Virus record (IMG/VR): IMGVR_UViG_3300014656_000017
Location: 1 to 64,000 of that record
DNA: 64,000 nucleotides
Origin: a virus
Direction: 5' to 3' (one strand)
Within the stretch, counting starts at the first letter, position 1; the number at the start of each line of letters is the position of its first letter. The translations under genes and the position numbers were made by a program. Under the pieces are notes generated by a model that did not search any database, was not told the origin of the DNA, and worked only from the letters and a program-made list of their open reading frames with translations. Positions 9,800-19,479 of this stretch are shown piece after piece.

Positions 9800-10672
9800 A
9801 TGGATTGTGCTAATGGAGCCAATTTAAGATATCTAAGAAAAACCGCTAATGAGGGAGAAAGAAGATTATTCCAATCATGGTGGAAAGATATTGTTAATAT
9901 GTATGGTACATATATAGATTATTATACATATGATTATCAAACGTCTGCACACGATTTCTTTTATGGTGAACATCCACTAGCACCATTTTCTGGGCCTAAA
10001 GGGATGGCTGTATATGCTCAATTTCAAAATGATTCATTAATGCTATCGAAGTTTGGAATAATTAATGATGCCGACGTGCTCTTCATAATTCCAATTATGG
10101 CATTTAGAGAAATAATGGGTTCTAACGTAGAGCCTAAAGCAGGCGATTTAATTCGAATGACAGAATTAGGATGGGATCGTCCTGGTGGAATAGATGATTT
10201 TAATGATCCTACTGTATCTCCTATATCAGCTTGTGAAGATACAACAAATCCGTTAGATTTAATATGTCAAGATGGTTTAGTAAATGTTACTCAAGATTGT
10301 GACAGTATCAGTAATCCCTATTCACAATATGATGATGCTTCTGCATTTGATGCATTAATTCGCGGAGCACCAATTTTTGAAATTACTGAAAGGCGTGATG
10401 AAAATTTCACTATGCAATTTAATCCTATAGCCGGACATTATGTGTGGATATTGCATGCTAAGAGATTTGATTACAGTTATCAACCCAATGCACCTAGAGA
10501 ACCTGGAAGTGATCAAGTTTCTGATGAAACTTTATATGGTAAATTAAGCGGCGGAACAAATTATCCAGAAGCTTCTAAGCCATACGATCAAAATATTAAC
10601 GAAGAAGCTAAAAAAGATTGGGATTACGACGGCTCAGACAAGACAGATGATCAAATATACGGCGACTATTAA
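9800..10672 (+). CDS. Neck / head-closure protein (T4 gp14-like)
   Basis: MYGT...YY, LSKFGI...D..F.I, EPKAGDLI, FEIT, VW.L.A.RFDYS pattern. Confidence 0.75.
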   Translation: MDCANGANLRYLRKTANEGERRLFQSWWKDIVNMYGTYIDYYTYDYQTSAHDFFYGEHPLAPFSGPKGMAVYAQFQNDSLMLSKFGIINDADVLFIIPIMAFREIMGSNVEPKAGDLIRMTELGWDRPGGIDDFNDPTVSPISACEDTTNPLDLICQDGLVNVTQDCDSISNPYSQYDDASAFDALIRGAPIFEITERRDENFTMQFNPIAGHYVWILHAKRFDYSYQPNAPREPGSDQVSDETLYGKLSGGTNYPEASKPYDQNINEEAKKDWDYDGSDKTDDQIYGDY

Positions 10673-11026
10673 TTAAATCATTTTTTCAAATGCTTTAGCA
10701 GACTGTTCTTTCTCGCTCCGCCAATCTTCTTCCGTGCCGGATAATCTAGCTATAAATTGATCTCCCTCTGTTAATGATATAAACTCACAATTTATTATTT
10801 CATTTGTTGAGGTGTTATTAAACGAATAAATATACTTTATTATTTTTTTATTTTCATAGATGGGGCGGATGGCTACAATAGTATATCGTTTGCCTTGATC
10901 AAATTTGCTATCAATTTGTGCCGGCGTGGAGTGTATTTTTGCCATCTGAATTCGTTCTGTTATTGAAACACTTTTACTTTGGCGGGGTGCACCAGCTATG
11001 AAAGAATGACCAACAATATAAATCAT
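10673..11026 (-). CDS. Hypothetical protein
   Basis: 117-aa ORF in a coupled minus-strand operon. Confidence 0.6.
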   Translation of the reverse strand: MIYIVGHSFIAGAPRQSKSVSITERIQMAKIHSTPAQIDSKFDQGKRYTIVAIRPIYENKKIIKYIYSFNNTSTNEIINCEFISLTEGDQFIARLSGTEEDWRSEKEQSAKAFEKMI

Positions 11027-11295
11027 ATTGCATTAACCTTCACTGGAGTTAAAGACTTAATAATATCTTTTAATTGTTCATTACGATGGAGTTTTTTATT
11101 ATCTTCTTCAATTTTGATAACTTTATGGTCACAAGTCCCTTCAATATATTTTTTAATAGTTAAGGGCTCCAATCGAAGATAATCAAATTTTACATTTCTT
11201 TGTTCACACTCTTCTGCAATTAAATTGACAGATTCCACTAAACATAACCATCGACCCAATTCAAATATATCCATATCTTCTATCTTTTTTTTCAT
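11023..11295 (-). CDS. Hypothetical protein
   Basis: 90 aa, ATGA overlaps. Confidence 0.6.
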   Translation of the reverse strand: MKKKIEDMDIFELGRWLCLVESVNLIAEECEQRNVKFDYLRLEPLTIKKYIEGTCDHKVIKIEEDNKKLHRNEQLKDIIKSLTPVKVNAI

Positions 11296-11786
11296 GTACT
11301 TTCCATTTTAATTTTTAAGGGTTTATATACACTTTCATTAACAAAAGATTCCATGTATCCGTGTAGCTGTGCAATTATATTTTTTGTATTATTTATCTTC
11401 GATACATTGGACTCGTAATCCTTTATTATTAATATAATTATATTATTTAAAATTTCGAAATGCACTCTTAATGATTCGGATGATAAAGATAATTTTTTAT
11501 ATTCATTAATCAATATTTGTTTAAGAGCATCAAATAATCTTTTAATTACTAGCAGACTATTTATTTTTGTACTGTCTCCAAATTTGCCCAATGAAACACC
11601 ATCCAAATAATCTGTTAATAAACTACTAGAAGAATTTATGCTAATAACTTGCATCCATAACGCCTCGGCATCTTTAACAAGATCGATAGTTTTGAATGAT
11701 GAAATCTCAGGGAGTTGATCAGCTATTTGTGATGGTGCAATTTCGTGAGTAATAAAATCTAAATCGCTTTTATGTTGATCATTCAT
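11292..11786 (-). CDS. Hypothetical protein
   Basis: 164 aa, coupled to neighbours. Confidence 0.6.
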   Translation of the reverse strand: MNDQHKSDLDFITHEIAPSQIADQLPEISSFKTIDLVKDAEALWMQVISINSSSSLLTDYLDGVSLGKFGDSTKINSLLVIKRLFDALKQILINEYKKLSLSSESLRVHFEILNNIIILIIKDYESNVSKINNTKNIIAQLHGYMESFVNESVYKPLKIKMEST

Positions 11787-12336
11787 GTTTAATTTTTATT
11801 GATTCATTTATAGTTGATTGGACAACATCATCTGCGTCTAATTCAACAGGGGATAAATTAGAATCTGGAACATTTAATGGTTTAGTGATTCTAACTACGG
11901 TTAATTGAAAAATAATTTTATTGGCTTGGTTGCAACTTTTACACACAAATGTATTTTCTGTGATTAAAGATAAAGGCACACTGTTAGCCATATTACAATA
12001 CGCACAACTCACATCGTATGGAACTTTAATTTCAGCTGCATTTTTAAAAACATCTCGTTGGAATTGTAAAAATTGTTCTGTGCGTCTTTTAGAAGTTATA
12101 AATGAAGCCCTGATAAATTCTTCTATAACCACAATAATACCAACGCCAATACCAGTCGATATTGATTTAGATATAAATCCTGCAGCCAATCCCGCTGTGC
12201 ATGCAATCAATAAAACTATTAAAAAGGATTGAAGTACTGTTTTGATTAAAATGTTCAATTTATTCCTGTACCTTTTCTGCTTCAATACAAACAGTTCGAA
12301 GTTCTTTAAACAGTTGATTGATAAACATTTCCACAA
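11779..12336 (-). CDS. Membrane protein with Zn-ribbon
   Basis: Two hydrophobic helices then CAYC...CKSC; true start probably TTG at 12258 after AGGA. Confidence 0.65.
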   Translation of the reverse strand: MWKCLSINCLKNFELFVLKQKRYRNKLNILIKTVLQSFLIVLLIACTAGLAAGFISKSISTGIGVGIIVVIEEFIRASFITSKRRTEQFLQFQRDVFKNAAEIKVPYDVSCAYCNMANSVPLSLITENTFVCKSCNQANKIIFQLTVVRITKPLNVPDSNLSPVELDADDVVQSTINESIKIKHE

Positions 12337-12496
12337 ATTTTTTATTTTTATATAGTCCAGATTTTGTTTTATTAGTTAGTTCAATTGCATCACTATACGT
12401 CATAATGACTCTACAGGATATGTTCAATTCATTAAGACCAAAAGCTCTAATTTGCAGACCAGGAATATCTTTATCGCCGTTTAATTTAATTTTCAT
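12260..12496 (-). CDS. Hypothetical protein
   Basis: 78 aa, directly downstream of TTGATT-N16-TAAATT (12503-12530). Confidence 0.55.
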   Translation of the reverse strand: MKIKLNGDKDIPGLQIRAFGLNELNISCRVIMTYSDAIELTNKTKSGLYKNKKFVEMFINQLFKELRTVCIEAEKVQE

Positions 12497-12534
12497 ATTA
12501 ATAATTTAATGTAGCTGTAAAAAAAATCAAGGGA

Positions 12535-12996
12535 TTATGTGATGCTAATTCTATCTAAATCAGCTGAAATGCTTTTAATCATTTCCATTACACCTTTAAT
12601 TTTTCGTTCAAGATGGGATAGCAACGCCTTTTTTTCTTTATTGGTGATCATTATTGCATTATATTTAATACAATTTTTAATTTGTTCTTCAGCATTTTTT
12701 ACGTAGATGTAAGCTTGTGCTAAATGATCATCAATAGTTTCTAATGGATATGGTTTTCTTCGGCCAGCGGTTGCTGCGAATTCTGCATCATCATCGGCAA
12801 TAGTTTTTATGTTGACGTCATGGTCTCCACCAGTCATGTGTCTAAAAGGAGGCGATTGTGGAGCCCATGTTTTTTGTCCGGCCACCTGAGCATATGCAAA
12901 CGTACCAGCTTGACCTCCTCCACCTCCATAGGTAGAATCCTCTTCTAGTACTTCTTCCATGCATTCATTTAATAATGGTGAATTATTTTTTTTCAT
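12535..12996 (-). CDS. Hypothetical protein (possible virion protein)
   Basis: 153 aa with Gly-rich stretch and C-terminal helices. Confidence 0.65.
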   Translation of the reverse strand: MKKNNSPLLNECMEEVLEEDSTYGGGGGQAGTFAYAQVAGQKTWAPQSPPFRHMTGGDHDVNIKTIADDDAEFAATAGRRKPYPLETIDDHLAQAYIYVKNAEEQIKNCIKYNAIMITNKEKKALLSHLERKIKGVMEMIKSISADLDRISIT

Positions 12997-13180
12997 CTAG
13001 TGGTTCTTGTGAGACAATTCCCTCTTGTATTTTGGCACCACATCTAGAGCAAACCCACATAGCTTCTACTATCTTAATTTTGTTTAGTCTATCAATAGAT
13101 TCTGATAAACGAGGCATAACTGGCGGGCCGCCACAAATATGACATGCCATTGGTACTGGTTGTATAGTTCCTGTTAACAT
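12983..13180 (-). CDS. Small Zn-ribbon protein
   Basis: CHIC...CSRC; AAGGAG RBS. Confidence 0.65.
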   Translation of the reverse strand: MLTGTIQPVPMACHICGGPPVMPRLSESIDRLNKIKIVEAMWVCSRCGAKIQEGIVSQEPLDEKK

Positions 13181-13195
13181 AATATTCTCCTTTAA

Positions 13196-14107
13196 TTATT
13201 TAGTGTTTTCTGACAAAGATTCAATCGTCTTAATTAAATTGTTACGAGAGAAGACGTGTCTCCAATCATTAAAGTTGTTTAAATATTCCTCAAAGTTATA
13301 TTTTTCACAGAATTTTTTAAAATTATCCAGGCTTTCTTTATTGTCAACCTTCATTGATTTAAATTGATCATCATATGATTGTTTTTCTCCTAGTTGCATA
13401 AGATATCCCAAATCTAAATCTATTAATTTCATATTCTTTTTAACTATTTCTTTATAATCTTCTGAAATGTTGCTTTCTTTCCACTCTTCAGCTAATCGTT
13501 TAGATCTTACAGGACCATATCCAGGCAAGCCTGGAATAGTATCAGCTGGATCGCCTAAAATAGCTTTATACAATTTAAAATTGGATTGATGGACTCCAAC
13601 AATATCTTTAAAATTAGTCGCTGTAATAATTTCTTTAAGATTATATACAGAATTTTTATCATCTACTAATTGATATAAATCACGGTCCACAGATACAACA
13701 ATATTAGGCCCCTCTAATTTTCTAGCTAGATAACCAACAACGTCATCTGCTTCTAAGGTGTTTGGGAACATGTGTTTACATCCCAAATATTCCAAAGCTT
13801 CAATCAATTTTACTTCTTGTTTAAACATCTCTTCTATGTCTGGTGGCTTTGGTCTTCCGACTTTGTATTGGCCTTTCATAAGAATTTTGCGAAAGTTTTT
13901 AGTTTCGCGATCAATCTTTCTATCCCATGCACAATATATATTATCTGGATTAAATTGGTTTACTAATCTTTTAAATGTTTGCAGAAATTTAAAGATGCAA
14001 GAAGTTTGTTCTCCCTCTTCTGTGAACATTTGTAAAGATTTTGAAACGTAAAAAATCCTAAATTCGAGATTAGTTCCATCTATAATTAAGTTTTTAATAT
14101 TATTCAC
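13196..14107 (-). CDS. rnh: 5'-3' exonuclease / T4-type RNase H (FEN family)
   Basis: LIIDGTN, AWD, YK..R, EADD, SVDRDL.QL, GDPADTIPG motifs. Confidence 0.9.
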   Translation of the reverse strand: MNNIKNLIIDGTNLEFRIFYVSKSLQMFTEEGEQTSCIFKFLQTFKRLVNQFNPDNIYCAWDRKIDRETKNFRKILMKGQYKVGRPKPPDIEEMFKQEVKLIEALEYLGCKHMFPNTLEADDVVGYLARKLEGPNIVVSVDRDLYQLVDDKNSVYNLKEIITATNFKDIVGVHQSNFKLYKAILGDPADTIPGLPGYGPVRSKRLAEEWKESNISEDYKEIVKKNMKLIDLDLGYLMQLGEKQSYDDQFKSMKVDNKESLDNFKKFCEKYNFEEYLNNFNDWRHVFSRNNLIKTIESLSENTK

Positions 14108-14394
14108 TATAGTGCTTTCTTTTTGTGATATTCAAAATTAGCCTTGCATACATCATATACATCAGTTGGAAGAGATTCAATAAATTCCAACAACCCCTCT
14201 TTAATCCACAGATTGATTTCATTTTTGTCAAAGTATATGCTTTCCATTGGATTGGGTATAGATAAAAATGCCAGACTATCACCCATATTATGTTCTTTAA
14301 TATAAATTATAAATCCTCCAGAATACTCACCCGTTCTAATAGCATACATTCCTTTGTATTTTAATTTTCTTTTAAATGGCATAGGTACTTTCAT
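14107..14394 (-). CDS. Hypothetical protein
   Basis: 95 aa downstream of TTGAAA-N16-TATTAT (14405-14432). Confidence 0.6.
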   Translation of the reverse strand: MKVPMPFKRKLKYKGMYAIRTGEYSGGFIIYIKEHNMGDSLAFLSIPNPMESIYFDKNEINLWIKEGLLEFIESLPTDVYDVCKANFEYHKKKAL

Positions 14395-14472
14395 TTCAAA
14401 TCATATAATATATTATCTATAAATTATTTCAATGAAAATCATAAATATTTATAAGATATAATAGGAGATACT

Positions 14473-15042
14473 ATGCGCACTAATGATGATGTACTGATTT
14501 TTGAAAAATACAAAGCTTCTTTTACAAAGAAAAACACGAAAGAAGATCCTAAAAAAGATTCCAAGAATGGAAAGAAAGGCGATTCTAAAAAGAAAGATTC
14601 CAAAAAAAAGGGCAAAAAAACAAAATGGATTCCGCCTTGGGTAAAAGATAAAAAAATAGTTAAAGAAGATATTGACCCAGCTGCTCCTGGTGTATCCAAC
14701 CCCTCACCAATTGAACAGCCTGATGATGATGATGATTTCATGGCTGATATTGAAAATCGACAAGCCGGTGAAGAAGCTGAAGAAGCAGGAAGAATAGGAA
14801 AAATTGATCCTGAGATGATCAATACAATTAAGCAAAAATTTATTGCTAAATTAGAAGAATTAGCCGGCTTGGAAGAATGGGATCCTAGCTTTTTAGCTAA
14901 AGTTACAGCAGAGGTTGAAAAGGCACAAACCGCCGACGATTTAATTGAAGCAGAATATATGTGGCTGAATAAAGATGAAGAAGTTGTTCCACCTGAATTT
15001 TTTGGTGATACTGAAGAAGACGCTTTGCCTTCTGCAATTTAA
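14473..15042 (+). CDS. Hypothetical protein with basic N-half and acidic C-half (possible internal head protein)
   Basis: TAAATATTTA late motif + AGGAG RBS; KKDSKK repeats; IVKE|D protease-like site. Confidence 0.7.
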   Translation: MRTNDDVLIFEKYKASFTKKNTKEDPKKDSKNGKKGDSKKKDSKKKGKKTKWIPPWVKDKKIVKEDIDPAAPGVSNPSPIEQPDDDDDFMADIENRQAGEEAEEAGRIGKIDPEMINTIKQKFIAKLEELAGLEEWDPSFLAKVTAEVEKAQTADDLIEAEYMWLNKDEEVVPPEFFGDTEEDALPSAI

Positions 15043-15080
15043 GTGTTGAATTTAATTATTTTTGATATATTATATATCAT

Positions 15081-15764
15081 ATGCAAGAAAATTCTTTAGA
15101 ACTTCCTGTCTTAGATAAAGGATTTGTTAGATATATAGATCACTTGGGGTCTGATCAACGAATAGTTGAAACAGCTCGTATTTGTTACAAGTCCCCATCT
15201 AAAGGAGAAAAACAAGATCGTGGATTGTTAAAATATCTCCTTACACATAATCACACAACTCCCTTTGAATCTTGTAATATTACCTTCAATATTAAATTTC
15301 CAATTTTTTGTATGCGCCAGTTTGTTCGACATAGAACATTTAGACTAAATGAAATGTCTGCTCGGTATACAGAAATGAAAGAAGAATTTTATTTCCCACA
15401 AAAATGGCGGAAACAAGATATTAAAGATAAACAAAGTAGCATAGATGGAGATGTTGGTTCTGAATCTCAAGATGGGAGATTAAAATTAGTTTGCAATACA
15501 TCCTATAATCTATATAGAGAAATGATAAAGGATGGGGTAGCTAAAGAATTGGCTCGTATTATCCTACCTATAAATTTATACACAGAAGTTTATGTCAATT
15601 GTGATATTCATAACCTGATGCACTTTTTTGAATTGAGATTAGATAAACATGCTCAATGGGAAATACAACAATATGCAAAGGCTATGTTTGTAATATTTGA
15701 AAAATATTTTCCCTGGACAGCGGAATTATTTAAAATAAAAAACAAAAAATTATTTGTGGAATAA
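15081..15764 (+). CDS. thyX: Flavin-dependent thymidylate synthase
   Basis: H.TPFE, RQFVRHRTFRLNEMSARY (RHRx7SxR), ELAR.ILP, HAQWEI. Confidence 0.95.
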   Translation: MQENSLELPVLDKGFVRYIDHLGSDQRIVETARICYKSPSKGEKQDRGLLKYLLTHNHTTPFESCNITFNIKFPIFCMRQFVRHRTFRLNEMSARYTEMKEEFYFPQKWRKQDIKDKQSSIDGDVGSESQDGRLKLVCNTSYNLYREMIKDGVAKELARIILPINLYTEVYVNCDIHNLMHFFELRLDKHAQWEIQQYAKAMFVIFEKYFPWTAELFKIKNKKLFVE

Positions 15765-15818
15765 ATTATACTCCGTGCTTTTCGTATAATTTTAATTACA
15801 ATATCATAAATATTTAAA

Positions 15819-16301
15819 ATGGTTAATTGGATTACATTTGAAGAATATATACAGATTGAATCCCACCAATCTATAATAAATTCATTTAGTGGTGAATATA
15901 GTTTTTTATCTAATTTTTATCCTAGCCCTATTAAATTTGAAGGTGTAATATATCCAACGGTTGAACATGCTTATCAATCTGCAAAAACAAATATACCTGA
16001 AGAAAAAGAAATGTTTAAAACTGTCCCCACTCCCGGTAAGGCTAAAAAATTGAGCAAAAGAATAACATTAAGATCTGATTGGGATGATATTAAAATTTAT
16101 GTAATGGATGAATTGCTTAGAAAGAAATTTAATAATCCAGAATTACGAAACAAACTAATTCAAACCTATGATAATGAACTTATAGAAGGCAATACTTGGT
16201 ATGATACTTTTTGGGGGGTTTGTAATGGCGTTGGAGAAAATAACCTTGGTAAACTATTAATGCAAATTAGAAAGGAAGCACAACATGGTCAAGAAGATTA
16301 A
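15819..16301 (+). CDS. NADAR (YbiA-family) N-glycosidase / DNA ADP-ribosyl hydrolase
   Basis: FLSNFY, YPTVEHAYQSAK, KF.NPEL...L..T, LIEGN.W.D.FWG, GENNLGKLLM..R. Confidence 0.92.
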   Translation: MVNWITFEEYIQIESHQSIINSFSGEYSFLSNFYPSPIKFEGVIYPTVEHAYQSAKTNIPEEKEMFKTVPTPGKAKKLSKRITLRSDWDDIKIYVMDELLRKKFNNPELRNKLIQTYDNELIEGNTWYDTFWGVCNGVGENNLGKLLMQIRKEAQHGQED

Positions 16302-16611
16302 AGATGTACAAGAAATTATTAATGAACATTCTGAAATTTTTGCAGATAATGTAAAAATTAGAAAAATAGAAGATAAATGGTTGCCTCTATTGAAGGCATA
16401 TTGTAATCATTTTGATTTCTTGGATGAAACTTTTGAAAGCGGATTTACTATAAAAGAATTATACGGAAAAGATTCAGCACTATATGTAAGATTTTCTATT
16501 ACAAAGGGAATTGAACATGAATATGATATATATGCAATTTATCAAGAATTAATAAATAACTTGATAGTTAGGACTGCTTTATTAAACGATTCTGATTATA
16601 AAAACATTTAA
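16285..16611 (+). CDS. Hypothetical protein
   Basis: 108 aa, AAGGAAG RBS. Confidence 0.6.
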   Translation: MVKKIKDVQEIINEHSEIFADNVKIRKIEDKWLPLLKAYCNHFDFLDETFESGFTIKELYGKDSALYVRFSITKGIEHEYDIYAIYQELINNLIVRTALLNDSDYKNI

Positions 16612-16738
16612 AAGAAACAGATTCTTTTACATTTGCATGTAATGCCGCCATATATTTTTTTACAGAACCTTTAGTACATCCAACTTTCTTATTAGATCCT
16701 TTTTTGTAAACACATTTACCTTTAGCGCGATATGGCAT
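16568..16738 (-). CDS. Small basic protein (56 aa), not in ORF track
   Basis: MPYRAKGKCVYKKGSNKKVGCTKGSVKKYMAALHANVKES...; TAAATA motif exactly 6 nt upstream of ATG. Confidence 0.65.
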   Translation of the reverse strand: MPYRAKGKCVYKKGSNKKVGCTKGSVKKYMAALHANVKESVSFKCFYNQNRLIKQS

Positions 16739-16763
16739 TTTAATTATTTAGGAATTTGAGAAT

Positions 16764-16793
16764 AAAAAAAGCTATTCAAAAGAATAGCTTTTT
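16764..16793. terminator. Intrinsic terminator (A/U tracts on both sides)
   Basis: AAAAAAAGCTATTC-AAAA-GAATAGCTTTTT hairpin just downstream of ORF 16813-17652. Confidence 0.8.
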
Positions 16794-16812
16794 GTTCTAA
16801 TATACTAACAGA

Positions 16813-17652
16813 TTACACACTATCAAATAATCCGGCGCCTGGTTTTGATACGGGACCTTTAGCGTCAGCTTTCATACTCATCTTAGGACCTAATGTGGTA
16901 CTTTTTGCTGCTTTAGCCTTACCATCAGCCTCACCATGTCCAGGACCGCCAATGGATCCTACACCTTTGCCTGTTGGGTTAAGATCTGATTTAACCTTAA
17001 AATTGCCTTTAGATGTCATTTTATTTACTGAATCAGGTAGGGGTTTTAATTCTTTCATAGCTTGTGAGGCTTCAGCAACTGGAGGAACTCCTTCAGGCTC
17101 ACTGGATATATCTGATAAAGGATCTCCACCATCTTCATCGGTTGAATCATAGGCACCTAATCGCTCTGCTACTTCTGTCAGTCTGTCAATAATCAATCTT
17201 AGTTCTGTAGCAACATCTACTTCTTCACCTATATCGCCTTCACTTTCACCTTCTACAGAAGGAAAATCTCCTTTGTCATCATCAAAGGATGCCGCACCTG
17301 ATTGTTCAATTGGGCTTTCATCTGAACTAATAGATTCTTCTTCTACTAATTGTGATTTAAATAACATATCAAATTTGCTTTCTGGTAACATATTGTGAAT
17401 CTCCTTCTTTGCTTCTTTCAAATTCTTTTGACTTCCTGTTTCGCCTTTGCCACGGGAATTAAGACCAGTGCCTGATTCTTGAGGACTTTTAACGCTTTTA
17501 GCTGCTTTACTATCTGTGCCCATATCACCTTTAGGTTTAGCTTTTTCTTCACCTTCAAAGGTCTTACCAACTTTTACGGCACCGTCTACTGTGCCCTTCT
17601 TTTCGTTCTCTACAATCAATCGATAAGCATCCATTAGTCCATCTGTCTTCAT
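16813..17652 (-). CDS. Low-complexity charged protein, probable prohead core/internal protein
   Basis: Late motif + AGGAG RBS; several (L/I/V)xE sites typical of T4-type prohead protease substrates; divergent from terminase. Confidence 0.55.
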   Translation of the reverse strand: MKTDGLMDAYRLIVENEKKGTVDGAVKVGKTFEGEEKAKPKGDMGTDSKAAKSVKSPQESGTGLNSRGKGETGSQKNLKEAKKEIHNMLPESKFDMLFKSQLVEEESISSDESPIEQSGAASFDDDKGDFPSVEGESEGDIGEEVDVATELRLIIDRLTEVAERLGAYDSTDEDGGDPLSDISSEPEGVPPVAEASQAMKELKPLPDSVNKMTSKGNFKVKSDLNPTGKGVGSIGGPGHGEADGKAKAAKSTTLGPKMSMKADAKGPVSKPGAGLFDSV

Positions 17653-17733
17653 AAATATCTCCTATGTTTTCTTTTAATTATTTATGTTTCTTTCATCATT
17701 TTTTTGTAAATACTTTTAGGAAATGTAGATTGC

Positions 17734-19461
17734 ATGAAAACAAAAACAGATATAGAAGATGTTATTCCTGTTGATAATGATAAATTTGATCGCTCACAAA
17801 GCTATTTAGGTAATAAAAATCTTCCACTTTCTGATATAGAATTTAAGTGGACTGCTAAAATGATTAGTGAAATGAAAAAGGCAAAGGACAGCCTTTTACA
17901 TTTTGCTGAAGCATATTTTTATATTGTAACACCCGATGATGGTAAACAAAAAATTAAACTATATGCTAAGCAAAAAAGAATATTGAAAGCATTACAGAAA
18001 AACAGATTCGTTATTACGGTAGCTAGCCGTCAAAGTGGAAAGGCTTTAGCACTAGATACGCCGATTCCAACACCTGTTGGGTGGAAAACAATGGGTGAAC
18101 TAAAAGATGGCGAATTGGTTTTCAATTCATCTGGAACTCCTTGTCAGATTTTAAAGGCCCATGATGTTATGTATGACAGGCCTTGTTATAAAATTGTTTT
18201 TGATAACGGAGAAACAATAATTGCAGATGAAGGCCATTTATGGTTTACACAATCAAAATCTGAAAGACAAAGAAAATGTAAAGGGTCAAGAAAAACCACA
18301 AAACAAATTTATGACAATTTATTTTGTGGAATTAAAAAAGAACCCATGCATAGAATTTTTAATGTTTTACAGGGGGTAGAATATCAAAAAAAAGAACTGC
18401 CTATTGATCCATATGTTTTAGGATTATGGTTAGGAGATGGATGTATTGATAATTCTGCAATAACAGTTGGTCCTAGAGATATTACAGAATTGGTTGAAAT
18501 ATTATCAAACAATAGTGAGTATGAAATTGGACTCAAAAATTATAAACCAAGATTATATACTCTTAGATTAAAAAGCAAAAACAATTCACTTCATACACAA
18601 TTAAAAGAAAATAATTTATTATACAATAAACACATTCCAAATATATATTTATTTGGTAATAGAGATCAACGATTAGAATTATTAAAAGGATTAATAGACA
18701 GTGATGGATATATAAACCAAAAAGGAACCGCACATTTTTACAATACAAATATCGAATTAACAAAACAGTTCAAAAAATTAGTTGAAAGTTTGGGGTATAA
18801 AACTACATATAGAACATTTATTCCTACTTGTAATGGAATAAAATGTTCTGAATGTGGAGAGGTTATATTTCATCCACGCGAAGATGTTTGCAAATTGTCT
18901 TTCAAAAAAAGTCGTATTAAAAAAGATATTAATATCGCCCCCGATTCTAAAAAAAGAAATCAATGGCATTATATAGTTAATGTTGAAAAAACAGAAAGCG
19001 TGCCTGTGAGATGTTTAACAGTTGATTCTATAGACCATCTATTTTTATGTGGTAAAACATATATTCCTACATCAAATACAACAATGATGTGTATTTATGC
19101 ACTATGGACGACTTGTTTTAATAGTGATAAGAGAATCGTAGTTGTTGCTAACAAAGAAAATACAGCTATTACCATTCTGCGTCGAATTAAATTAGCCTAT
19201 GAAGAATTGCCTAATTGGTTAAAGCCTGGTGTAGAGCAATGGGGTAAAACTGAAGTTATTTTTGGTAATGGTTCTAGTATTGCAATTAGCACTACAACAG
19301 GTTCTGCTGTTCGTGGTGAAACTGTTAATTGTGTAGATGGTGATAGTATTATTACAGTACGAGATAAATTAACGGGAAAAGTATACAATACAAGTATATC
19401 AAAATTATATGAAGAGCTTCAAAAGACAGAAGAACAACTCAATATAATTTTAAAAGAATGA
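17734..19461 (+). CDS. terL: Terminase large subunit, N-terminal fragment (contains a cis intein, ends in a split-intein N-half)
   Basis: YLGN.NL, Walker A ASRQSGK|T, VVVANK, LP.WLKPGV, GSAVRGET.N; no Walker B in this ORF. Confidence 0.92.
   Translation: MKTKTDIEDVIPVDNDKFDRSQSYLGNKNLPLSDIEFKWTAKMISEMKKAKDSLLHFAEAYFYIVTPDDGKQKIKLYAKQKRILKALQKNRFVITVASRQSGKALALDTPIPTPVGWKTMGELKDGELVFNSSGTPCQILKAHDVMYDRPCYKIVFDNGETIIADEGHLWFTQSKSERQRKCKGSRKTTKQIYDNLFCGIKKEPMHRIFNVLQGVEYQKKELPIDPYVLGLWLGDGCIDNSAITVGPRDITELVEILSNNSEYEIGLKNYKPRLYTLRLKSKNNSLHTQLKENNLLYNKHIPNIYLFGNRDQRLELLKGLIDSDGYINQKGTAHFYNTNIELTKQFKKLVESLGYKTTYRTFIPTCNGIKCSECGEVIFHPREDVCKLSFKKSRIKKDINIAPDSKKRNQWHYIVNVEKTESVPVRCLTVDSIDHLFLCGKTYIPTSNTTMMCIYALWTTCFNSDKRIVVVANKENTAITILRRIKLAYEELPNWLKPGVEQWGKTEVIFGNGSSIAISTTTGSAVRGETVNCVDGDSIITVRDKLTGKVYNTSISKLYEELQKTEEQLNIILKE
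18043..19077 (+). mobile_element. Class-3 cis intein with LAGLIDADG endonuclease (345 aa) in the TerL Walker A motif
   Basis: Starts ALALDTPIPTP, block B ADEGHLW, LGLWLGDG and LKGLIDSDG, block F VRCL, ends PTSN|T. Confidence 0.92.
19330..19458 (+). mobile_element. Split intein N-fragment (43 aa) at the end of TerL-N
   Basis: CVDGDSIITV...SISKLYEEL block-A-type sequence followed by a stop. Confidence 0.88.
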
Positions 19462-19479
19462 TGTAAGAGATTTCGTCCA

